Assembly: GCA_021782545.1 (NCBI GenBank)
Contig: JAJXUW010000001.1
Coordinates: forward strand, 5,652 to 69,651
DNA from: Deltaproteobacteria bacterium
GTDB taxonomy: Bacteria > Desulfobacterota > Desulfuromonadia > Geobacterales > Pseudopelobacteraceae
DNA: 64,000 nucleotides
Direction: 5' to 3'
Below are positions 37,210 through 50,108 of this stretch, piece by piece (the stretch's first letter is position 1; every line of letters starts with the position of its first letter). Under the pieces are notes generated by a model. It searched no databases and was not told where the DNA came from. It saw only the letters and a program-made list of their open reading frames with translations. Made by a program: the position numbers and the translations under genes.

Positions 37210-37235
37210 TGAAGGCTTTGTGAAGGATTATGAAG
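37210..37235 (-). promoter_or_regulatory. Putative OmpR-family binding site (CTTCA x3)
   Basis: TGAAG at 37210, 37221 and 37231 (11- and 10-bp periods) upstream of the Spy-like gene. Confidence 0.5.
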
Positions 37236-38178
37236 ATTGCAGGACGGTCCGTACCAGGTTGGCCAGGCAGCGGATGAAGGTAGGGGAATCGTTCAGAGAG
37301 GCGATGCGCCGGAAGGTGGTGATCCCCAGTTTGCGGGCTTCTGCAGTGTATTCAATGTCGATCTCGTGCAGGGTCTCGATATGGTCCGACACAAACGAGA
37401 GCGGTACCACCAACAGTTCCGTGCAACCAGCTGCCGCCAGTTCTTTCAGTTTGCCGTCGGTGGAGGGTTCCAGCCATTTGACCGGCCCGGCCCGGGATTG
37501 GAAGGCCAGATGATGGGCGACGTTGCCGAAGCGTTCCATCACCAACCGCACCGTGGCCTGAATATGTTCAAGATAGGGGTCGCCCCCGTCGATGAACGAT
37601 TGGGGCAGGGAATGGGCAGAGAACAGCAGCTGCACTTGGCTGCGGTTGGTAAAAGCGGCCAGGCCGGCTTCTATCTTTTCAGCCAGCGCCTGGATATAGA
37701 GCGGATGGTCGTAGAAGTGGGGGATACGGACCAGTTCGAGGTCGCTGCCCAGCTGGGTGATTTGACGCTGCAGATCGTTGAAGCTGGAACCGCTGGTGGC
37801 GCGAGAGTAATGGGGGTAGAGCGATAACGCCACGATTCGGGTTGCGCCGCTGGTCCGTACCTGCGCCAAGGCCTCATCCGTAAAAGGGTGCCAGTAGCGC
37901 ATGGCCACTAGGCACGGTAGGCCAAGCTCCTGCGACAGAGCCGCTGCCTGGGCCTCGGTCAGCTCGCGGATCGGTGACTTGCCGCCGATCTCGCGGTATT
38001 TCTGCACCACCGCTGGTGTGCGGCGGTTGACGATCAGCCGGGCGATCAGCGGTTGCAGCCAAGCGGGGCCGAGCCTGATAATCTCCCGGTCGGCAAACAG
38101 GTTGAGCAGGAAGGGGCGCACCGCCTCCAGTGAGTCGGGGCCACCCATCTGGAGCAGCAGCACAGCGGTATCTGGCAT
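37228..38178 (-). CDS. hemH: Ferrochelatase
   Basis: [51 protein letters not shown]. Confidence 0.96.
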   Translation of the reverse strand: MPDTAVLLLQMGGPDSLEAVRPFLLNLFADREIIRLGPAWLQPLIARLIVNRRTPAVVQKYREIGGKSPIRELTEAQAAALSQELGLPCLVAMRYWHPFTDEALAQVRTSGATRIVALSLYPHYSRATSGSSFNDLQRQITQLGSDLELVRIPHFYDHPLYIQALAEKIEAGLAAFTNRSQVQLLFSAHSLPQSFIDGGDPYLEHIQATVRLVMERFGNVAHHLAFQSRAGPVKWLEPSTDGKLKELAAAGCTELLVVPLSFVSDHIETLHEIDIEYTAEARKLGITTFRRIASLNDSPTFIRCLANLVRTVLQSS

Positions 38179-38378
38179 CGATTACCCTCAGTTAAGGCCT
38201 GTTGTCAAATTACCCGTCTAAGATACCCCATAACGGGAAAAGGAATCACTCCCTTTTTTAATAAGAAGGCCTCGGGTGGCTCGTATAGTGCCGTCGGCCT
38301 CAAACAGACGAGGCCGATTGCCCTAAAAATGACATGCTGTATGCAGACCCACAAATGCGACAGTACAGGTGGCCGTCG

Positions 38379-38984
38379 TCAGGTAATGAACCGCACCTGC
38401 CGGCTGATATCCTCGATGGCCGGCACCTTCCTGGCATTGAAGATACGCTTGTTCTTTTCAAACAGATTGTTCCCCCTGGTGTCGATGGAGATGATCAGCG
38501 GACCGAATCCCCTGACCCGGCAGACCCACATCGCCTCCGGCATGCCGAGTTCAAGCCATTCGACCCGTTCGATCTCTTCGACCCTGCTGGCGGCCAGCAC
38601 CGCGCAGCCGCCGGGGAATACGGCATGGAGCGCCTTGTAATCCCGGCAGCCCGCCTCGGTGTTGGGTCCCATCCCCCCCTTGCCGATGATCAGTTTAACC
38701 CCGGTCTGACGGATGAACTCCTGTTCGTGCACCTCCATTCGCATGCTGGTGGTGGGGCCGATGGAGACCATCCGCCAGTCATCGCCATCCCGGGCTACAA
38801 TCGGTCCGGCGTGAAAGATCGCCAGCCCTCGCAGGTCAACCGGCAGCGGCCGCCCCTGATCGACCAGCCTGCGGTGCGGCATGTCGCGGCAGGTGACCAG
38901 ATAGCCGTCCAGGTAGACGATATCCCCTGCCGACAGCCCTTCTAAGGCTTCGTCGCTGATCGGCGTGGTAAGTATCTTTTTCAT
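38379..38984 (-). CDS. ttdB: L(+)-tartrate dehydratase beta subunit
   Basis: [49 protein letters not shown]. Confidence 0.88.
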   Translation of the reverse strand: MKKILTTPISDEALEGLSAGDIVYLDGYLVTCRDMPHRRLVDQGRPLPVDLRGLAIFHAGPIVARDGDDWRMVSIGPTTSMRMEVHEQEFIRQTGVKLIIGKGGMGPNTEAGCRDYKALHAVFPGGCAVLAASRVEEIERVEWLELGMPEAMWVCRVRGFGPLIISIDTRGNNLFEKNKRIFNARKVPAIEDISRQVRFIT

Positions 38985-39880
38985 AGCTGCGCCCCCTTAT
39001 GGGAGAGGATTTCGTAGGACAGGTCGTCGTTGATCCGGAGGGTGCCGCGCCGGTGCGCCCAGCAGCCGACCGAAATGGCGACGCTGATGGTGGAGGGATG
39101 CCGTGCGGCGGTCTCGATATGGACCCCCATGACCGAATTGGTGCCCGACAGCCCTTGCGGGCCCAGGCCGATCTCGTTCAGTCCTTTTTCCAGCAACAGT
39201 TCCATGGCGGCACCACGCGGATGGGGATGGCGGGAGCCGATCGGGCGGAACAGGGCTCGTTTGGAGAGATTGGCCGCCACGTCGATGGAACCGCCGATGC
39301 CGATGCCGACCAGAAGCGGCGGGCAGGCGTTGACGCCGTAGGTGGTCATCACCTCGAACACGAACGCGACGATCCCTTCATAGCCGGCAGCGGGCATGAG
39401 GGTCTTTCCCTGTCCCGGCAGGCTGCAGCCGCCGCCGGCCATGTACACCTCGATCTCGATGCCTGAGCTGTCCGGCACGATATCCCAGTCAATCCAGGGT
39501 ATCCGTTCGCCGGTGTTGGTGCCGGTGTTCTTCTCCTCAAAGATCTGCACCGCATTGTGGCGTAGCGGGGCGGTCCGGGTGGCTGTGGCGGCCGCCTCGG
39601 TCAGGATGTGCCTGACCTCTGCCAGCAAGGGAAAACGTGAGCCGGCCTTGAGATAGTACTGGATCACCCCGGTGTCCTGACAGCAGGGGCGGTTTAGCTG
39701 CGCCGCCATGGCCAGGTTGTCGAACATCGAATCGTATACCACCCTGGCCAGCGGGCTCCCCTCGGCTGCCCGCAATTCCGTGAGTTTGCCCATGATGTCA
39801 TCGGGCAGGTGCTTGCCGGCGTAGTCGGTGAACCGGGCCACTATGTCCGTCATCTGCCTCACTGCCTGTTCATGATCCAT
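38981..39880 (-). CDS. ttdA: L(+)-tartrate dehydratase alpha subunit
   Basis: [37 protein letters not shown]. Confidence 0.9.
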   Translation of the reverse strand: MDHEQAVRQMTDIVARFTDYAGKHLPDDIMGKLTELRAAEGSPLARVVYDSMFDNLAMAAQLNRPCCQDTGVIQYYLKAGSRFPLLAEVRHILTEAAATATRTAPLRHNAVQIFEEKNTGTNTGERIPWIDWDIVPDSSGIEIEVYMAGGGCSLPGQGKTLMPAAGYEGIVAFVFEVMTTYGVNACPPLLVGIGIGGSIDVAANLSKRALFRPIGSRHPHPRGAAMELLLEKGLNEIGLGPQGLSGTNSVMGVHIETAARHPSTISVAISVGCWAHRRGTLRINDDLSYEILSHKGAQL

Positions 39881-39881
39881 G

Positions 39882-41201
39882 CTAGGCTCCTGCCGTTGTG
39901 GCGCTTTGTCGGCCGGCCTCGTCCCGAGCGGTCTGGCGTCCCTGCCGTGCCAACAGCAGGGTGACGATTGCGGAGAGGATCAACAGACCGGCTACGAAGT
40001 ACAGGCCACCGGCAAAACTGCCGGTCTGCTGTTTGATCACACCGATCATGGTCGGTCCCACAAAGCCGCCCAGGTTGCCGATGGAGTTGATCGTGGCTAT
40101 CCCCGCTGCCGCAGCCGGTCCGGACAGGAACAGGGTGGGCATTGACCAGAGCGGCGGTTTGGCGGAGCTGATACCGATGTTCACCAGGGTCAGGGTCAGG
40201 ATGACGCCGATCAGGCCGGTTGACCAGCCGGCCAGGAACAACCCGACAGCGGCAGCCAGACAGGCGATCACCACATGCCAGGAACGTTCACCGGTGCGAT
40301 CGGAGTTGCGCGACCAGAGATACATGGCCAGTACCGAGACGGTGGGGGGCACCATGTTCAGCAGACCGACCGTCATGGTGGAGACCCCCAACTGTTTGAT
40401 GATCTGTGGCGCCCAGATACCGAGGGTATAGAGCCCGGCCGAGGTGCCAAAGTAGATCATGGAAAGTGCCAGCACCCGGGGATCAACCAGCCCCCGCCAG
40501 GGGGAGTGGCTGGCGATCCCGGCCTTGGCGGCCAGTTCGGCATCCATGGTCTCCACCAGCCAGCCCTTTTCATCGGTCGGCAGCCAGCTGGCCTGTGCCG
40601 GCCGGTCGGTCATGTAGAAGAAGGTGACCACCCCCATGATCACGGCCGGCAGCGCCTCCAGGATGAAGAGCCATTGCCAGCCCTGTATCCCTTGCATGCC
40701 GTGCATCTTCAGAAGCGCGGCGGAGATGGGGGAGCCGAAGGCGGTGGATATCGGCGCTGCTGCCATGAAGAGTGCGGTGACGCTGGCCCGGGAGCGGGCC
40801 GGAAACCAGTAGCTTAAATAGAGGATGATGCCGGGGAAGAAGCCTGCCTCTGCGGCCCCGAGCAGGAAGCGGAGGAGATAGAAGCTGAGGGGGCCGGTGA
40901 CAAACGCCATGGCGCCGGAGATGATCCCCCAGGAGACCATGACCCGGGCGATCCAGAGCCGCGCACCTACCTTTTCAAGAACCAGGTTTGACGGCACCTC
41001 AAAGATGAAGTAGCCGAGGAAAAAGATCCCGGCGCCGAAGCCGTAGGCGGCCGGCGCAAGACCGATCTGTTTGTTCATGGTGAGTGCGGCAAAGCCGATG
41101 TTGACGCGATCGATAAAGGCAATAAAGTAGAGGATGCAGATAAACGGGATAATTCGCCAGGAGATCCGGCGCAGCGCACGGTATTCGACGGTGTTCGTCA
41201 T
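39882..41201 (-). CDS. MFS transporter, TtuB-like (tartrate)
   Basis: DRVNIGFAAL, GIFFLGYFIFEVPSN, AEAGFFPG, INSIGNLGGF; adjacent to ttdA. Confidence 0.88.
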   Translation of the reverse strand: MTNTVEYRALRRISWRIIPFICILYFIAFIDRVNIGFAALTMNKQIGLAPAAYGFGAGIFFLGYFIFEVPSNLVLEKVGARLWIARVMVSWGIISGAMAFVTGPLSFYLLRFLLGAAEAGFFPGIILYLSYWFPARSRASVTALFMAAAPISTAFGSPISAALLKMHGMQGIQGWQWLFILEALPAVIMGVVTFFYMTDRPAQASWLPTDEKGWLVETMDAELAAKAGIASHSPWRGLVDPRVLALSMIYFGTSAGLYTLGIWAPQIIKQLGVSTMTVGLLNMVPPTVSVLAMYLWSRNSDRTGERSWHVVIACLAAAVGLFLAGWSTGLIGVILTLTLVNIGISSAKPPLWSMPTLFLSGPAAAAGIATINSIGNLGGFVGPTMIGVIKQQTGSFAGGLYFVAGLLILSAIVTLLLARQGRQTARDEAGRQSATTAGA

Positions 41202-41348
41202 GGTGAGGCCTCCTTTAGGGTGGTCCGACGTGTAGTTAGTGCGATGCTCGATATGGGCTCTGGCGGTGGTCCTTTTTTTCTGGCGGTTCGAGATGTTGGG
41301 CCTGATCTTGACCCGATACCAAAATAACCGTATTTTAAATGTGTATAA

Positions 41349-41363
41349 TCACCAATTAAGTGA
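41349..41363. promoter_or_regulatory. Putative LysR recognition dyad
   Basis: TCAC-caattaa-GTGA in the AT-rich region between the divergent MFS and LysR genes. Confidence 0.45.
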
Positions 41364-41381
41364 ACATAAAGGACACATATC

Positions 41382-42305
41382 GTGAATAATATGCCTCTGC
41401 TTGACGACCTGCGGTTGTTCTGCCTGGTGGTGCGCAATAGGAGTTTTGTTGCCTCGGCCATGGAGCTGGGCGTTTCACCGGCCTATGTGAGCAAGCGGAT
41501 TGCCGTGCTGGAGGATGCGCTGAAGGTGCGTCTGCTGCACCGGACCACCCGGCGGGTCAGTATGACCGAGGACGGCGAGACGGTGTACCGCTGGACGCAG
41601 CGGATTGTTGAGGAGGTAGAGCAGATGGCCGAGGCGGTCACCATGGCCAAGACGACGCCGCGTGGCCTGCTGCGAATCAGTACCAGCGCCGGATTCGGCC
41701 GGAAGCGGATTGCACCGGCACTCTCGGAACTGGTGCTCCGTTACCCGGATCTCCGCATTCAGCTTGAACTGTTGGCCCGGCCCGTCGATCTGATCGGCGA
41801 GGGATTTGACCTCGATATCAGGATCGGCGGCGATTCGGAACCGAACCTGATGGTGAAGAAGATCGCCGATAATGCCCGGGTTCTGTGTGCAGCGCCAGCC
41901 TATCTGGAACGGCGGGGGAGGCCCCAGCGGCTGTCAGACCTTGAACGGCACGAGTGCATTGTCATCAGGGAACGGGATCAGAGCTTCGGGGTCTGGCGGC
42001 TACGGGGGCCGGATCGGGTGGAGACCGTCCGGGTGGCGGGAGGGCTGTCGTGCAATAACGGCGAGATCGTGCACCAATGGGCTGTTGATGGCCACGGTAT
42101 TGTGCTGCGTTCGCTGTGGGATGTGGCCGCTGATCTGCAGGCAGGGCGGCTGGTACGGGTGCTGCCGGGCTATCATCAACAGGCGGACATCTGCGCCGTC
42201 TATCCCCTGCGGCTGACGGAATCGGCAAAGGTCAGGGTCTGTGTTGAGTTTCTGAAGTCACGGCTCGGGAATGAGGTCGGCAGCTACGACGAAATGACAT
42301 CGTAG
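41382..42305 (+). CDS. LysR family regulator (DmlR/TtdR-like)
   Basis: SF..A.ELGVSPAYVSKRI..LE..L..RLLHRTTR, FGR, G.GI.LRS.WD, SAKVRVCV.FL. Confidence 0.9.
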   Translation: MNNMPLLDDLRLFCLVVRNRSFVASAMELGVSPAYVSKRIAVLEDALKVRLLHRTTRRVSMTEDGETVYRWTQRIVEEVEQMAEAVTMAKTTPRGLLRISTSAGFGRKRIAPALSELVLRYPDLRIQLELLARPVDLIGEGFDLDIRIGGDSEPNLMVKKIADNARVLCAAPAYLERRGRPQRLSDLERHECIVIRERDQSFGVWRLRGPDRVETVRVAGGLSCNNGEIVHQWAVDGHGIVLRSLWDVAADLQAGRLVRVLPGYHQQADICAVYPLRLTESAKVRVCVEFLKSRLGNEVGSYDEMTS

Positions 42306-42309
42306 AGAG

Positions 42310-42354
42310 AAACGACAGACGGGCGGGGAACTGCATCCCCGCCCGTCTGCGTTT
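42310..42354. terminator. Bidirectional terminator between the LysR gene and groEL
   Basis: 14-bp stem CAGACGGGCGGGGA-actgca-TCCCCGCCCGTCTG flanked by AAACG/CGTTT. Confidence 0.8.
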
Positions 42355-42378
42355 GACCGTGAAACCGATGGCAGCCGG

Positions 42379-44335
<1,957 letters not shown>

Positions 44336-44387
44336 ACGTTGCTTCTCCTTTCCTATGGGTTTGTTGTGGTTTCTGGTGGTTGGTTTG

Positions 44388-44414
44388 CTAGCACTCAGTT
44401 ATTGTGAGTGCTAA
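44388..44414 (-). promoter_or_regulatory. CIRCE element (HrcA operator)
   Basis: Minus strand TTAGCACTC-N9-GAGTGCTAG upstream of groES. Confidence 0.95.
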
Positions 44415-46571
<2,157 letters not shown>

Positions 46572-46620
46572 GGCGGGCCGGGAGGGGCCCGGTTGATTCA
46601 GCGTATGAAAGGTAGGGTGT

Positions 46621-46989
46621 ATGGCGCGTATCCTCCATGTCGATGATTCGTCCTTTTCACGACTGCAGATCGGCAAAGTGCTCAAGAATGCAGGTCACGA
46701 ACTGCTTCAGGCCGAGAACGGTCGGGCCGGTTTGGCGGCGGTGCAAGAGCAGTCCCCTAATCTGATTATTACCGACATCCTGATGCCAGAGATGGATGGC
46801 ATCGTCTTTCTCGAGGCCTTGCGCCAGTTGGGGAACCGGATACCGGTATTGGTGATCACGGCTGATGTGCAGCATGATACCAGAGAAAACTGCCTTGCCC
46901 TGGGGGCCGTTGGTCTACTCAACAAGCCTCCCCGTGATGAAGAGTTGCTGGCGGCGGTTGCCCAGGCCCTTGGTCAAGGAGGAATCTAG
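46621..46989 (+). CDS. Single-domain (CheY-like) response regulator
   Basis: VDDS, TDILMPEMDG, TAD, KP. Confidence 0.92.
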   Translation: MARILHVDDSSFSRLQIGKVLKNAGHELLQAENGRAGLAAVQEQSPNLIITDILMPEMDGIVFLEALRQLGNRIPVLVITADVQHDTRENCLALGAVGLLNKPPRDEELLAAVAQALGQGGI

Positions 46990-46992
46990 CCC

Positions 46993-47595
46993 ATGGTACA
47001 GCTCTCCGACGATCTTCTGGATGCCCTGCGTGAGGTGATCAATATCGGTGTGGGCAAGGCCGCCGGCACCCTGAACGAATTACTGGGGCACCATATCGTC
47101 CTGGAGGTCCCCCAGGTGGTGGTGCTGCGCCCTGAGCAGATCGTCAACCACCTGACGCAGCGTCCTTATGACTCGATCTCGCTGGTGGTATTGCAGTTCA
47201 GCGGTCAATTCAGCGGTCTTTCCACGCTGATGTTTACCTCGGACAGCGCCTCCAAACTGGTTGACCTGCTGGTGCGGGAGGAAACGCCCCTTGACGAGCT
47301 TGATGCCATCAAGACCGGCACACTGACCGAGGTAGGCAATATCCTGCTAAATGCGGTGATGGGCTCTATGGCCAACCTGCTCGGCTCCCGTCTGAGTTAC
47401 ACCATTCCCACCTACCAGGAAGGGCCGTTGGCGGTACTCCTGCGGCCGATCATCCGTCCAGAAAGCGCGGCGCTGGAAATAACCACCCGTTTTACGGTGC
47501 AAAGCCGTCAGATTACGGGGGAGTTCCTGCTGCTGTTTGAGGTAGTCTCTTTTGATGCCTTTGTGGCTGTTCTCCATACCGCTCTGCTCGGTTAG
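46993..47595 (+). CDS. CheC-like phosphatase
   Basis: Two ExxN motifs: DALREVINIG and LTEVGNILLN. Confidence 0.88.
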   Translation: MVQLSDDLLDALREVINIGVGKAAGTLNELLGHHIVLEVPQVVVLRPEQIVNHLTQRPYDSISLVVLQFSGQFSGLSTLMFTSDSASKLVDLLVREETPLDELDAIKTGTLTEVGNILLNAVMGSMANLLGSRLSYTIPTYQEGPLAVLLRPIIRPESAALEITTRFTVQSRQITGEFLLLFEVVSFDAFVAVLHTALLG

Positions 47596-49008
47596 GTGCC
47601 TGTGATGTCGTCCGGTTCAGATACGCACATGGAGTTGTTAGATGCCCTGCCGATGGGTATTTTGGTGCTTTCTGAAGACCTGCTGGTCCGTCAGTGGAAC
47701 CGGATTCTTGCCGACTGGACCGGACTGACGCCTGAACAGGTGATCGGTCGACCGGTGGCTCAAGTGATCCCCTCTCTGGCTGAACCGCGCTACTTGGCAC
47801 GGATCAACCCGGTTTTTTCGGGTGGCCCGCCGGTACTGTTTTCACCCCAGCTGCATCCCCATCTCATCCCGTGTAGCCGTGCGGATGGTGTTGCCCGTAT
47901 CCAGCAGACCACGGTGACCCCGTTGCTGGTGCATGGCATGAACCACGTCCTCTTGGCGGTGCAGGATGTTACCGACCTGGTGCTGACGGCCCGCGAAAGT
48001 AGACAGTTGCACCAACAGGCCCTGGGTGATATCCAGCGCCGCGAGCAGGCTGAAGAGGCGTTACAGGCTGGAGCCCAGCGGCTGCGGGCCATTGTGGAAA
48101 ATACGGTAGAAGCGATTATCGTGATCAATCAACAGGGGGTAATCGAGGAGTTCAACCCGGCTGCGGAACGGATCTTTGGCTATGGCGCCGAAGAGGTGAT
48201 CGGCGCCAACGTCAGTCTGCTGATGCCGGAACCGTACCGTTCAGAGCATGACGGTTATCTGCAGCGGTACCTGGCCAGTGGCGAAAGCCACATCATCGGG
48301 GTCGGCCGGGAGGTGACCGGCCGCAGGAATGATGGCGCCACGTTCCCTATGCACCTGGCCGTCGGGAGGATGGAGTTGGGCGATCGGGTCACCTTCGTCG
48401 GGGTGTTGCATGATATTACCGCTCAGAAACAGCTTGAGGAACACCTGCGTATCCTCTCGCTCAAGGACGGCCTGACCGGCATCTACAACCGGCGCGCCTT
48501 TGACGAGGGCCTGGAAAAGGAGTGGCGCAGGGGACGACGGCAGAATGCACCGCTCTCACTCATCTTGTTGGATATCGATTTTTTCAAGCGGTATAACGAC
48601 ACCTATGGCCATCAGGCAGGCGATGCCTGCCTGAAGACAGTAGCCCGCAAGGTAGCGGCATCGGTCCACCGCCCCGGTGATCTGGCGGCCCGCTACGGTG
48701 GCGAAGAGTTCGTCGTGCTGCTGCCTGAGACACCGCTTGATGAGGCGCGCCAGATTGCCGAACGGATCAGGCAGGCGGTGGCCCAGCTGGCGATACCCCA
48801 CAGTTCTTCCGGAGTGGCCCCGGTTATCTCCATCAGTCTCGGCGTCGCCGGGATGGTTCCTGACCGGCAGCACAACAGTGAAGCGCTGCTCCAGCATGCC
48901 GACCGCGCCCTCTATGGCGCAAAGTCCAACGGTCGCAACCGCGTTTGCGTCACTCGGCCCGGTGCGGAGGTAACGCCGTACCAGGCCGAGCCAGACGCCT
49001 CGCGTTAA
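47596..49008 (+). CDS. PAS-PAS(FixL-like)-GGDEF diguanylate cyclase
   Basis: DGLTG..NRR, DIDFFK.YND.YGH..GD, I-site RPGD, GGEEF; second PAS LMPEPYRSEHDGYL. Start uncertain. Confidence 0.92.
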   Translation: MPVMSSGSDTHMELLDALPMGILVLSEDLLVRQWNRILADWTGLTPEQVIGRPVAQVIPSLAEPRYLARINPVFSGGPPVLFSPQLHPHLIPCSRADGVARIQQTTVTPLLVHGMNHVLLAVQDVTDLVLTARESRQLHQQALGDIQRREQAEEALQAGAQRLRAIVENTVEAIIVINQQGVIEEFNPAAERIFGYGAEEVIGANVSLLMPEPYRSEHDGYLQRYLASGESHIIGVGREVTGRRNDGATFPMHLAVGRMELGDRVTFVGVLHDITAQKQLEEHLRILSLKDGLTGIYNRRAFDEGLEKEWRRGRRQNAPLSLILLDIDFFKRYNDTYGHQAGDACLKTVARKVAASVHRPGDLAARYGGEEFVVLLPETPLDEARQIAERIRQAVAQLAIPHSSSGVAPVISISLGVAGMVPDRQHNSEALLQHADRALYGAKSNGRNRVCVTRPGAEVTPYQAEPDASR

Positions 49009-50108
49009 TTGTCGCTTTCCTCCTCTGTCTGTCCTTCCCCCCGAGCGGTACAGGTCGCCACCTTGCCCAGCATCCAGGCGATAACAGCCAATCCCAGCAC
49101 CAGCGTTACCAGAAACAGCACCAGGGGCGACCACTGCACCTGGCTTGTGACCGGCACCTTGTCCAGCGAGAAATAGGGGGCAAGGGCGCCGGTGCGGACT
49201 GTGTCCCGCATGAAGGCCATCACGTAGAGCAGGGGCAGGGTCAACCCGGCAGCTAACCCCACCTGGTGCCTGAAGCCGGCCATCAGTGCGGCCAGGGCCA
49301 TGAGCAACCCTATAGTCAACAGGGCCGTGGCGCTCCCGCTTCCCCCCATGAAGAGCCGCAGGACCGCCGGCTGCAGCCTCGTCAGGAACCAGACCCCCAA
49401 CACGACCTGCAGCAGCGACAGCCAGGAAAAGAGTCCCATCCCCAGCCTGATACCGGCGGCAGCGGTCTCGGGATCGTCCTTCAGGGCGATCTTCGCGTAG
49501 AGGGCCGCACAGAGCCCTCCCACCGCCAGGGCACCGGTCATCATATGGAGATAACGGGGCAGCAGGGTCGGGTCGGCCAGGTTCAGCAGGGTCCCCCCGG
49601 GGGTGGTGAACCAGCGATTCCAGCCGGCCGGGGCGATCATCATGGTCATGTTGTTGCTGAAGACGAAGCCGACCAGGAGTAGGAGCGCCAGCACCGCCAG
49701 CAGGACGAACATGGCGCCGTTGCCCAGCTGCCTGAATCTGAAGTCGTAGAGGTAGAGCAGGTAGTAGGCGATGATCACCAGCGGTATAACCGCCAGCCAG
49801 AACAGCCCCATCAGGATGGTGCTGGTGTAGAACAGGTTGCCGTACAGCACGTTCAGGAACAGAAGCGGCGCCACCCCCAGGTTGACGGTGAAGGCCACCA
49901 GAAACGGCAGCGCCTTGGCCAGCTCATGGGATAACCGGCGATAGGGCTGTCCCGGCAGCAGGTGGGCAGCCAGGGCGGTGAGGGCTGTCCCCAGCAGGGC
50001 GTTCATGGCCAGCAGGTGCAGCGGAAAGGTCAGCATCAGCAGAAACTGGAACCAGCCTGACGGCACCGTGAGGGGATCGGCGGCAGGGATCAGGGTCGCG
50101 GGGTTCAT
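49005..50108 (-). CDS. CydA-fold membrane protein, partner of the adjacent cytochrome bd-like/cytochrome c protein
   Basis: Multi-TM; FPLHLL, GVAPLLF, DPTLLPRYLH, MRD.VR; 4-nt overlap with the upstream gene. Confidence 0.65.
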   Translation of the reverse strand: MNPATLIPAADPLTVPSGWFQFLLMLTFPLHLLAMNALLGTALTALAAHLLPGQPYRRLSHELAKALPFLVAFTVNLGVAPLLFLNVLYGNLFYTSTILMGLFWLAVIPLVIIAYYLLYLYDFRFRQLGNGAMFVLLAVLALLLLVGFVFSNNMTMMIAPAGWNRWFTTPGGTLLNLADPTLLPRYLHMMTGALAVGGLCAALYAKIALKDDPETAAAGIRLGMGLFSWLSLLQVVLGVWFLTRLQPAVLRLFMGGSGSATALLTIGLLMALAALMAGFRHQVGLAAGLTLPLLYVMAFMRDTVRTGALAPYFSLDKVPVTSQVQWSPLVLFLVTLVLGLAVIAWMLGKVATCTARGEGQTEEESDN

